From Lepidodermella squamata (taxonomy: Eukaryota; Animalia; Gastrotricha): 64,000 nt of DNA. Shown piece after piece: positions 34,476 through 46,064 of the stretch. The stretch is from assembly GCA_047495785.1 (NCBI GenBank), contig JBLDXI010000007.1, positions 1,054,001 to 1,118,000 of the forward strand, given 5' to 3'. The notes beneath the pieces were generated by a model. That model was given only the letters and a program-made list of their open reading frames with translations, ran no database searches and was not told the DNA's origin. The translations under genes and the position numbers were made by a program. Each line of letters opens with the position of its first letter. Positions within the stretch are counted from its first letter, which is position 1.

Positions 34476-36356
34476 ATGCTAGACCAATGCTTTTCCTTCG
34501 TGGATGAAAATAGCGCTGTTAACCAATCATGGGTTTGCCCGCCTGAGTACAATGGTACCATCGACGAATGCTTCTTCCTTTACGGGCAGCAATTCAACCG
34601 ACCGAACGCGTTTTGCGGGTATTTCGAAGCTACGTTGATGGTCATGATCAATCTATGCGTATTTCCGTCAAATGCCGCCGCTGTTTTCAATTTCAAGCGA
34701 CGTGGAGTTAGCCCTGAATTCATGCTGTTAATCTCGGCGTTAGCTGCTAGCAATATGAGCTATGCTGTAGTCGGAATATTTCGCGGTATTTTCAGGTAAA
34801 AAATGCTAAAATTAAAAAAAAATCCACCTTAAGACGTTTTTTTTCTGAAGGATTGAAGGGGTAGATGCATTTGGCTGTGAAATGTTGATGCCGCTAAGTG
34901 GAATAACTTGTACGACATCATTTTACATATTCACCCTTATCAGCATCGAACGCAACTTGAGTGTTCGATCAGCTCTGCCTCTCAACAAGAAATCCAACAC
35001 GATTAGGTTACCTGGTAGCAGATTCAGTTGGCTAGTCGGGATTCTGGTGGTAATGACAAGCTTTGTGATCTGGCTTTACCTGACACACATGGTCAGTAAT
35101 GCATCGATTGAGACCTTGCCGGTGTTCATTTCTGGGGTCAGAAATGACACGGGACCTGTCAATGTTTGTGTGTCTTATCAAAGCAGGCAAATATTTAATG
35201 GAGCGGCGATTGGGGTTGTTTTTGGATTTGTGGTACTGCTTCTACCCCTGCTCATCACGGTCGTTAATTACAGGTAAGGGACGTCACACTAATTTCATGA
35301 TCTGTACAAATTTAGCGTGTCCCATTTTAGAATTTCTGAACCCTTTTCCGTGTGTTTTCTTTGCTTGCATTACTTATGGGCCACGCTGTAGTTCTTCAAG
35401 CATACGAGTTGAAGAATTTCCAGTGCAAAATTTAAAATAGGTGAAAAGGACATAGGACATAGGACATCTTCCGGCGCATATTTACAATTCTTAGCTGGCA
35501 CTCAAGTGAATATCCGTCGAAATATCATCCTCCACATCTTTTTCGGATATTGCAAACAACTTTCCCTAATTTTAGCTATTATTAAAAGTCCGTTTTCGGT
35601 TTTTTCAACAAATTGAAAAAATTAGATAAAAATAGGTTAAAATAAATTTAAATGCGTTTTCCAAGCTACAGCGTCAAATCAGGAACATCGCCTAAATCGA
35701 ACTTCAAAAATAAAAAATACGAAAAACGTTCACTTGGGAATCTCGATTTTTCTCACCCGTAGAAAAATATCGAAAGAAAATTCTACTAGGAAATTTCGAT
35801 TTTCCGATTGATCTTCTCTATCAATATTTAGATGGGCGTATTAAAAAATTAACAGCTAATTTCTCATCTTTTTTTGTTTACTTTCAGCTCTTTATGGATC
35901 TATTTGCGGAAATTTCATGCAAAATCCACGCTGACCTCTGATTTGATCGCCTCATCGAACAGCATGTCGAAGAAACACCGGCAACGAGAAGTCATTCTAG
36001 CCTCTGTTATGGTACTATCAGTCGCCCAGTTCGTTCTTTGTATTCTGCCAATGACAATTGCGGTAGGTGTCATCTATCACGAGGCTGAATTAGGACGAAG
36101 ACGCATCCAATCCTCGGTCATGTTCTACGCGACGCTGTGTGAAAGCATTGATTCAGCGCTAAATCCGCTATGGTCGAGTCTGGTAAAGCTTCGCCCGGCG
36201 AGAAGAATGTCAGCGACATTGTTATACAAGGATGATGAACGCCCTCACAGGTCCTTAACGAGATTCCCGAGCAATTCGTTGTACACTCTCAATCCCGATC
36301 AAACGTCCTGTTCCACAGCAAGCCCTTCTATGATTCAGATGTCATCGTCGAGGTGA
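34476..36356 (+). CDS. Orphan class A-like GPCR G5 (intact, 3 exons)
   Basis: Exons about 34476-34795, 34851-35273, 35889-36356. TLISIERN, DSALNPLW. Confidence 0.85.
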
Positions 36357-36710
36357 TAGATTTTACGCAGGAGTGAGGATATCTTTCTTAAAGCTTTCTC
36401 AAACCTACCTGATCACGGCGAATTAAATCCTATTTATTCGCCCAGTGTCAGATAACGACCGCAAAGGTTCTGCTATCAATGCTGGCATTTACATACCGAA
36501 GCCGAAGCAGTCAAGCCTTTACTGGAAGTGCGATAGAGTGAACTTCGTTTCCAACCTGTGAAGTTTATTTTCATTCGGAAATTTACGAAAATTTATGATG
36601 TTGGGTCTCACTTTTAGCGGAACCGAATTTTAGCCTGTTTTGGAGCCAAGCGAATGGAAGCAGAAAAATTCAAACAAATAATCCTGAAATTCTGCGTGAT
36701 TTTTAGTTCA

Positions 36711-36836
36711 AGGTCTTGCTCCACACGGGTTAATAAAAAAATTTTATTAATTTAAAATTTTTCAATTTTTCAACTAATTTTAATCAATTTTTTTAATTTT
36801 CAAATAATTATTTACTAGCCCGTGTGGCGCAAGGCC
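36711..36836. mobile_element. Short MITE, Kolobok-like ends
   Basis: AAGGTCTTGCTCCACACGGG...CCCGTGTGGCGCAAGGCCTTAA, with an AT-rich core. Confidence 0.5.
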
Positions 36837-36994
36837 TTAATTCAAATTTAATTTTATTTAAATTTTTGAAATTTTTCGCCCGGTGCAAAGTTCTGAAATT
36901 CGGTTCCCTAAAAAATTCAAGTTGAACGTTTTTTATATTATGATTATTGAAGTTAGTCGCAATAAAAATTCTCAATTTTCCTAGAAGTCAAAAA

Positions 36995-39628
36995 CTAATT
37001 GTTAATGGTGACGTAGGCTTGAACGTGAATGGCAATAAATGCCACCACGGAGCCAATCGAAGCGATTAAATCGATGAACCGTATCGCTCTCATTCGTAAT
37101 AAAGCTCGCCGAGCCGGAAATTTGAAGCCATTCGCCAACCAAACCGTGCCAAGTTGATAGACCGTAATCACAGCGGTTAGAATAATTAACGAATTCACGT
37201 AATCACTCAGTAATACATGATCCGATATTTTAGGCAGACCTTTCACCATATCGGATTGCGCAACAACTAGAGCTAGCAGTGATGTTATCGTAAAAGTAAC
37301 AGGTAGCAGTTTCAGGTAGCAAAAGGAACCCCAATAGATTCAGAAAGGTAAGAACGCAACAGGGTAGGGCGAGATTTATGACGTAGTAGTCCGAAATCCG
37401 CGACAATTTAACCGAAAAATCAACGGCATGAACCGGTCTTCCAACAAAACGTTTAACAGATTGAAGTTGTTTAATTTCAACCAGTTTCCACTCGGATGTT
37501 ACGATATCTTCATTCCATTCGAAAGCGATAGACTCATCGAATTGAACCCTGTCATATGACCGAAGTAAATGGAACGAAAAATTGCAGGTTTGAGTGTCGA
37601 ATGGGAAAAGCTCAAGGTTAAGCGGGCAAGCTGATGATAACGAAGCCTGTCTCAGCCAGTAAAAACTGAGGGTTAACTTCGGGTTGTCATCGGCAATCCC
37701 AAGAACTGCGGTCAAATCATCGGCTGAATTCCTAACCTCGAAATCTCCGTTTGAAGTTGAGGCGAATCTTAATTGAGGCAGCCAAGCGTCTTGTGATGTT
37801 GCGACGTACAAACTCTGGCGACCAGCTATTTTATTGAAAACAGTCTTTGAATTCTTCGAACATGTTGTAACGTTCCATTGAAATAACAAGACGGCATCGA
37901 TAGTTATAGACTCTTCGACATTATCGACTGATTTCAGCGCTGAGATGAAGAAACCTGTTGAGATTAACGTTGGTTCGTCATTGTTAGGCGGATAAGCTCG
38001 ACCGGCAGCGAAATCTGAGCATTCCTTAGCTAAATCACTCAATTTCATCGGATTTGCGACGCTGTAAGGCATGGCAGGGATCAACTTTTCAGCCGGATCA
38101 TCTGCCTCAGCTTTTAGGGTCGCGCTTGATATGCCAGTTGGCGGGAATTTTGTTGTAGTTATTACTTGGGTTGTTGTAGTCGAAGTAGTCGGCACTGGGC
38201 AGTTAGTTGGCGGTGAAAATTTGACATTGTTTTTGGCACCGATGTTGAATGTTTTCAGCGAGAGAAGGGTGCTATTTACGTAGTAGCTTACACTTTGCCC
38301 TCCGATGCCTAAAATCCACGGGCCGGTCGATTGAAATCAGGTATCGTTTGATTGGTAACTATTTCCTTCCATATTCTTTCCATCGGCTTCCTTACTGTCA
38401 CCTAGAAATAGGAAAATGTAATTGGTGCCTAAAAACGTTATCGGCAAATTTTGGCCATTTTACCCTAGTTTTTTAGGTAATTAAAGCATTTTTGAATAAA
38501 TTGGGAAAATTATCGAGTAAATTTGGATACTCATACGGAATAAAACAATTTAGAATTTTTATTTTCTATCGACCATTGGGTCTAATTTATTATTGGGTCC
38601 TAGAAATGGGAAATGTGGATTAATCCATGTTTTACGAGGGTTAAAAATCAGTCCTAATTCTGGAAATCTTCGTGAAATCGCTACAAAAAATAATCCGGAA
38701 ATATTTTAGTGAAATTTTAAGCTAGAACCTCAATTTCAGTATTGCAATCTTCAGGCTTTACGGCAGTTGTTGATAACTTGGGAACTTTACCGAAATCAAT
38801 TCGCCTTTTATTGTTATTTCGTAGCTGTTGTATCCAAATTCGTATGGTGCAATGGGAATTTTCGAGGCGACTTCAGTCGAATCTCGCCAGTCTTTAACCG
38901 GCGGGTCTGAGGGTGTTCTGTAGTTGATGTTAACATTACTTCCAGAACCCAAGTATACCAAGTTAACGGCCAGGCCAACAAAATTAGCTGTCATAAAATA
39001 ATTGGTCGATGAATCTACGCAACATGAAGATTTTTGAAACTCAAAAGCGGAAATGAGAGGTGAAGCTCACATGGGAAACATTCGTCGCAAATCGCCAGAG
39101 ATTCACATCTAGCTAGAAATAGAACAAGCCCAGGTGAGGTATAGCCCATGCCAGGAATCGCCTCGGCATGAATCGACATGTTGATGAACAAATCTGCTGG
39201 GCCATTCAATGCCTGTTCTAAAAGTTCATGATTCAATCACCCAATTACTATTATCTCACAATTTTCGAGTAAAAAATTGTTTGGATGAAAGAGTAAGGCT
39301 GCTGAAGCATAAATCCCTCCTTTGACTGGAGAACTGAGGCTTCGGGGACGGGGTACACATTTGGCGTTGCTGATCGAACGCTGAATTTCCAGTTTTCTAT
39401 GTATAGCGAATGCAGAAGATGACTGCTATTACTTGATGTAAATCTTCCTTACGGTAGTTTGATCCATCGAATGACAGCTGGTCTAGGAGGGAAAGCTGCT
39501 GTCCTAGTAATTCAATCTTTCAATATGATTTTCATTCAAATCACATTCTTATTATTACCTCCGGCCGAGCCAATCCAAAGTAGGAAAAATACTTCAAGAA
39601 TCTTCATGAAAATTGTCATCTCATGCAT
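36995..39628 (-). pseudogene. LGIC-3: diverged, disrupted paralog of the lectin-mucin-pLGIC genes
   Basis: Signal-like MKILEVFFLLWIGSAG. Lectin-like pieces IENWKF, SPGLVLFL, GLAVNLVY, GPWILGIGGQ. Short Thr stalk, Cys-loop CPLNLELFPFDTQTC. In-frame TGA at 38337-38339 and a frameshift near 37303. Confidence 0.8.
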
Positions 39629-39725
39629 TCTAAACCAAACTGTCTTATCGTCTGGTTCCATAGTGTTCATTTCAATGTTTACTTTTAATTACTTCAGCAC
39701 AAATCGCAAATCTTAACTCATAATA

Positions 39726-39939
39726 CAGGGTGGCCAAAAAATTCCGCAGAAGGCGAATTCCATAGACAAAACTCTATACGCGAATTCGATGCGCATCGAT
39801 TTAATGAGGAGTTTTGAGAATGCTTGAGAAGAGGAGTTTCAAGCATTCTTTTGCCAATGGAACTTCTCAATTTCTTGGAACTCCTCATTAAATCGATGCG
39901 CATCGAATTTGCCTTCTGCGGAATTTTTTGGCCACCCTG
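39726..39939. mobile_element. Tc1/mariner-type MITE
   Basis: TA|CAGGGTGGCCAAAAAATTCCGCAGAAGGC...GCCTTCTGCGGAATTTTTTGGCCACCCTG|TA. Confidence 0.85.
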
Positions 39940-40112
39940 TATTAGTATGGAAGTGATAATTGCGAGAGATTTTGTATTTGGAGACGAAAAGAAAACTCCC
40001 GTTAATGGTCTTCTTCTGGACAAAACCACGTTTCCGAGTTTAGAAAATCAGAAAAAATTACAAAAATGTGAAATTTTCAGGACATAAGGGGGTGCCGATT
40101 TCGAATGGCTGC

Positions 40113-40296
40113 GACAATTTTGGGAATGTTTATATTTGTATGGTATGACATGAGTAAAACGTTTATATCTGTACGGAGCCGCCCGAGATTTACGAGTCGT
40201 GACGAGCCGGAGGCGAGTTACGAAGAGTAAATCGAGTGCGGCGAGTTCAGATATGAACGATTTACGAATGTTATACCGTAAAATATCGAATTGTCA
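40113..40296. repeat. Imperfect palindrome, probable non-autonomous element
   Basis: Inverted arms (GACAATT...GTAAAACGTTTATATCTG / CAGATATGAACGATTTAC...AATTGTC) around a central GAGCCGGAGGCGAG. Confidence 0.5.
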
Positions 40297-40491
40297 TAGC
40301 GACTCGACCTATATTTTTGGCGACAATTCTATATTTTACTCGATTTTAATACATCATGTTTAATGGTAAGCCCGGGTAAATCCTTCTCAGAAAGGATTTA
40401 CGGGTTCGACTCCCGGGTACGACACTTTTCGAGCATTCGCGTCGCGCGTTACAGGTAGACTTATTGAAATCGGGGCCAGGTGATAGCAGAA

Positions 40492-41408
40492 TGACGGGGA
40501 ACTCCCCGTTGTCACGGGTCGCCTTCGTTCGTTCGTCGTTCGTCGTTCGTTCGTCGTTCGTCAAGGAGGATATGAGGAGGCAATACAAAATGGATTGCCT
40601 CCATCGCCTATGGCCTATGGCGAGGAGGATAGAGGTGTGTCTGTAAAAAACCACCCGTAAAACACTGGCAATCCCTTCGGGAAGGTACCATACCAGCGTG
40701 GGCGTGTGTTAGTGTTGTCAAAAAATGAGTCCTTGTTTCAGGAGGATGTGTTCGTAGCAGTAAAAAATGCGTTGTCGTGTGACGTCGGTCCGACGGCAAA
40801 AAAACAGTAGGGGGGGGGGGGGTAAAAAATGAATCCCATTCACAGGAGGATTAGGGCGTGCCAGTAAAAAATGTGCTGTCTGCCGGGATGCCAGTCAATG
40901 CCAAGTGCAGTTGTGCGCACGACATCGACGACAACATGGGCTGACATGCTGACTCGCGAGACCGTTTTCGCGACGTGATCTGCTCGCCTATTACATGGTG
41001 CATACACATTATTCATGCTGCGTGTTTCGCAAACTCAAGTTTACTCTGGGTCGGGCAAAATGAGTAGCGCAGACGGGAACCGCCCATACTATTTTTGCAT
41101 GTGCGACGTGGCAACGCTACATGATTATGCGCAAAGCTGGGCAGCAAGTCAAAGATGTGCACGAAAACGTTATACTTAGGTCTTAGGTTGTGCATGTTCA
41201 AGGTCATACGTGCCACGTGCTTGAAGAAGTGACGGAGTAATACAAAATGTCCGTGACTGAAAGGGCTGAAAGGGTACTGAAATTCGTACGGATGGTTTTC
41301 ATGATGAGATCGGCCGATAGACTACAATTGTGTATTATGAATAATTCAACATGTTAATGAGCTGGGAGTTCCCCGTCAACTGTCAAAGGCCGTCTGGCCG
41401 ACAGTGGT
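40492..41408. mobile_element. TIR insertion splitting a copy of the nuclear-receptor upstream region
   Basis: TGACGGGGAACTCCC...GGGAGTTCCCCGTCA (40492-41378). The flanks rejoin to GGTGATAGCAGAATACCAACTC, which is seen uninterrupted at 43048-43069. Confidence 0.75.
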
Positions 41409-42300
41409 AATACCAACTCATCGAGCGGTGATGCTAGTTCGACGGCAGCCTCGGCAGCGAGTGGATGACAGAAGTGGATCATCTTGTGTTGTCTCATTTT
41501 GTCGCCGCGAATCTTTGGGTCTTGCGTTGACAAGTGTAGGCTATACCAACTTCACCACATTACGCGGATGTTTTTTACTAACCCTAAATGTTTTCCTCAA
41601 CACGATGTAGCCATCCGGAATATTATTTTTTCTTATTTTTTATTGAATTCATCTCAGACAAATCGCTATTCACTGATGTATCGCAAGAAGTCATCAAGTA
41701 CGAGAAGTCGTTTCAGTTTCCAGGAAATCTGCCACGCTGTGATACTTATATTTCTACGTGTTCCTACTTATGTTTCCTTCCGAGGTAATCTTAGCCAAAT
41801 TTGAACCATATTTGAACACTATAAAGCTTAGCGTTGGTGCAAAGCGCTATATGGAGCACATGTTCAGACACGCCTAAAGTTTCCTCCAAGCACGCACTCT
41901 GTTCCGCCGCGTGCTTGATGAATGATGAAGGCAAACTTATTGCGGGCGGTTTTTATACCAAAATGAAGTTCATACAATTTAGAATCGATTGAATATGGGG
42001 TACTCGCTCGAAAATGTAATGTGAAACTGTTTTCACGCGCATTAAAAGCAGAGATGGAATTGGGTTGGGTGCGCATAGGTGCGCGCGCGAGGAGGAGGCG
42101 GGCCTGAAATCATGAATATATGGATCGATTAAGTGACATAGTTTTTAGTGTCGTCCGAGTTTTTAACTTACAGACATGTCACTGGGTGCGTCTGAAAAAT
42201 TGCATTGAATATAATTACAGTTTTGCAACGTTTCCCGCAACTTATCGTTCGGTTTTAGAAGCGTTATCATGCCACGCAAATAATTTTCTGTGGGGGAAGA
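41409..42300 (+). pseudogene. Relic fourth nuclear receptor copy (upstream region plus dead exon 1)
   Basis: Collinear similarity to 43060-43540. ATGCCACGCAAATAA at about 42269 is MPRK followed by a stop. Confidence 0.65.
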
Positions 42301-43510
42301 GTGGAGTTTCAGTGATAATTGACCCATTGGTAATATTCATCAGGTTCCCCTGACAGTCATCTTTGTCATAGATGTCGTTTTGGAAGTATGAAAGTCGCGA
42401 TATCGATACCCATATAAATCGAGGACCACCCGCAACGAGATATAATGGAGCCCCGCCGAAACGAAGCCCTCAATCCGCGATAAGGTACCAGCAATATACC
42501 CAGTGTAAAATGGAACGTGTATATTATAAGACAATTTAGCAACAACTGGTCCTCGATACATTTTTATTTGACCAAATACCGAACAATAAATAAACAGAAG
42601 TTGAAAGACGTTAAAGAATCATTACTGTCTTGATGCCATATGGATCAATTTTCCAGGTTAATTTTTTATCTTCAAAATATTGCCCATTTGAACGTCGGAA
42701 ATTAGAACGTGCGCTAATTTTGACGAATCAGGATGTTTAAAACGCCGTCGAAATTTTTGCGATACAGAACGCTCAACTTCAAGTTCTAGTTTAGCCTTAA
42801 GCCAGTTATTTCAGACACAAATTAGAGTTGAAAATTCAGACCATTAGTAACTAAGTAATTGCTAAGTACTTACTAACCGCAGACTTCCGAGGTGCATTTT
42901 CAAGCTGAAATCCGCGCCGCTCTTTGCCAAGCGTGTCAAACTCAAAATGCGTGTCCACTATCAGATCATATTAAGACGTTATCATTTTGTATGCCCCGAG
43001 CGTTCGCTAGAAACTGTCCCGGGGTAGGCTTACTGAAACCGGGGCCAGGTGATAGCAGAATACCAACTCGTTGAGCGGTACTACTACGACTTCGACGGCA
43101 GCCTCGGAAGCGAGTGGATGAAAGAAGTCGCTCATTTAGTTCTGTTATCGCCGAGAATCTTTGGGTCATGCGTAGACAAGTGTTATAGTAGGTCTAGTTT
43201 CAAGGAAATCTGCCAAGCCTTGCTACTAATAATATTCCCACGCTTTCTTATTCATGTTTCATTCCGAGGTATTCCCAGCCAAAGTCGTCTACGTGTATTT
43301 GATCATTAAAAAGCGTTTTGCGTTGGTGCAAAGCGCTATATGATCGAGCGACATTATTTTTAGTGCCGTCCTAGTTTCCAACTCGCAGACATGAGCGTGT
43401 CTAAAAAATTGCATTGAATATAACAACAATGTTGTAACGTTTCCCTTAACTTATCATTCTGCTTTAGAAGCAGTTAGTAGGTTAAGTTCTGTAATTTGTG
43501 AAGTTATATC

Positions 43511-44901
43511 ATGCCACGTAAATCATTTTCTGAGGAGGACAAACTGCGACGAGTCGAGTTTTGCCGCGTATGTTTTATTATTCGCCACCAAGGCGAATAT
43601 TCCAAATAAGAAAACTCCATTTTAACAGGTGTGTGGTGTCAAAGTGCCGCGGCGAAAGTTATTTCAGCCGAAAATATGTTTCGCTTGCCAGAAATATTAC
43701 AGCCGAAATGTGATATACCGCGACGAAATGAGGTGTAATAGTGGTACCAATAACTGCAATATTCAGCCGAAAATTCGCCGTCGTTGCCGCTTGGAGCGAT
43801 GCGTTGCAGCAGGGATGAAAGGTACGGCAGGTTAGTACATCATTAATGTAAATAAAAAATGTAAAATAATTGCATTATTAGGCAATGGCGCTTATGGGTT
43901 TAAGCGCAACTCGACAACAGAAAAGCAAATTGTGAAAATGGATTCTTCGGACGGCTGTTCGTCAACGTCCTCCTCTTTGCCTTTCGAGCCAGTAATCCAT
44001 GGAGCCACTGATGTCGAAAGGGCTCTGCTGACATCTACCCATGCGGTCACATATCTATTAGGGCTTGAATTTGTAAGATCATATCTTTTGCTTTGCATCA
44101 ATTCTAGTATTTTTGTATCAGCTCCCCATGAAAATGTACCATGGACCAATCGACGAAGGTCTTGTTCGGGAAATGAGTGTGCAGCAGATAGCTCAAATGA
44201 ACGAAACAGGAGATGAATTTGCAGGCTTTCTGCAAGGCAATGATTCACTGAACTCATAGGATTATTTTCAAAGATTGATTTTTTTCAGATGCTTATGGCT
44301 TTGGTGAAGTTGAGAAATCGACGCTGCTAGCTACGGGTCTTCTGCCCATCGTCATTGTATTCTGTGCCATGCCGTCGAATTCCGTCAGGCATACAGTTAA
44401 CCCGCAAACGCTGAAGCAAATAACGAAATTGTGCCCTGCCCTAGACGTAACGTTTTGTTAAATATTGAAGAATAATCGTAATACGTAGTATAAAGGAGGC
44501 AGAAGGTGACATAACAAGTCTTGGGAGGATCCTCGAAGAATGGAACCCGAATTTTCTCGAATCTGCGCTTCTTTTTATGCTCCTTGCTTTCAATCGTGAG
44601 CCTTAATGCTTTCTTCCAAAGTTTCTATTTTGTGCTGTTTTAAATAGCGACCGTAGCAGGTATCAGCCATCAAATGGCGAATATTCGCAAGCTTTTTCAA
44701 ATGGCATTCAACATGGTTGAATCGAAGCAGATGTGCTGTGGCGGGCGAAGTTCGGCTCCGTACCTTAGTCGAACAGTTCGCCTTCTCGACCGCATAAGTG
44801 CGATTGTAAAATCAGCGATTCAAGCTGCATGGGAGAGAATCAGGTACGAATTCAACGAACAGTCCGTAAAAACCGTTGACAAATTCCTCCGCGATAAATG
44901 A
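43511..44901 (+). pseudogene. Nuclear receptor NR-1, probably impaired
   Basis: MPRKSFSEEDKLRRVEFCR|VCG...CFACQKYY. A 9-nt deletion removes a Cys of zinc finger 2 (KIRRRCRLERC). Apparent 4-nt deletion near 44489 relative to the paralogs. Confidence 0.65.
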
Positions 44902-45059
44902 AGCGTTTTCTTAAAACATGGAAATTTGACTCATCCTAGTATCATTGGGTTGGAATCACCCATCATTGTTTAACGTTGCGCCATGAAAATATGAACTTGC
45001 ATGGCAGCATATCTTCAGTATCTACCGGTTCAGTTTGTAACTGCTAATTATAAATAGAG

Positions 45060-45676
45060 CAAGGGAAGGAAGTGAAACCCAATCAAAGAACAATGGTCGT
45101 TAATTACACTACTAGTTTCGGACATTTTTCAAAAACTGTGTTCCTTTTTTTTCGGAAAAAACCAAATTGAAAAACAGCCCCTGCATACTTACATGCAAAT
45201 TTTAATTTCAGGTAAACGTTGAAAATATCGATCGAATCGAATTTTGGAAAAAAGCATCTTACTCAGCTCGATGAGTAGACGACGTTAGGCTATTAAAATT
45301 TGAAAAAATAATGATTTTTCAATTTTTAGCGTGACTTTGAAAATTTGCTACATAAAACACTGTGTGACGTAATCGAGAACTCAGACAAACAATCGAGTCG
45401 CCAGTGTTTTTTTCTCATGGAAAAAACGCGATTTCGCGCGAAAATAATATGTGTCAAGGTCGAATTTTGAAAAATTAGCCTAACGTCATGATAATCACCT
45501 GTACAGGTGAACTGGAGTGTTTGAAGCCATGGATAATTAAGACGCATGAGATTACCCTAAAAAACCGACGGTAAAAATGGTAAAAATTTTCGGCACAAGA
45601 TTTTCGTGTTTTTTGCCTAAAAAGTGAACACAAACAGATGGCGCACACGAACAATGAGTTTCACTTCCTTCCCTTG
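45060..45676. mobile_element. P-element-like MITE
   Basis: CAAGGGAAGGAAGTGAAAC...GTTTCACTTCCTTCCCTTG with exact 8-bp target duplication AAATAGAG. Confidence 0.85.
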
Positions 45677-45832
45677 AAATAGAGCTGATTTACAGTGTTC
45701 ATACGCTTGGACAAAACTTTAATGCTCTGAAAAGGATTTTCAATAGTTTATTCACCAGTGCTACTGCTCGGTCGCAATATCAGATATCAGTAAACTTATT
45801 CTCAGATGTATTACGTCTAAGGTTATCACCTA

Positions 45833-45999
45833 CCGTACTGCCCGAAACTAATGTCAGCCTCTAATAAATGTCAGGGTAGGGGTATTTCAATTTTGGGACC
45901 CTCTTTTCTGAACGTTTCTCCGTGAGCCGGTAAGCTTTGGTCGCTGGGTGGAGCATTCGAAATTATTAAATGTCTTGGTTTTTAATTCGGGCAGTACGG
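45833..45999. mobile_element. Tc1/mariner (pogo-like) MITE
   Basis: TA|CCGTACTGCCCGAA...TTCGGGCAGTACGG|TA. Confidence 0.8.
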
Positions 46000-46064
46000 T
46001 AATCGCAGTCCGACCAAACTAGGCCAGAGCGGGCGAGTCCAAACTCTCAAATAAAGTCGTGTAG

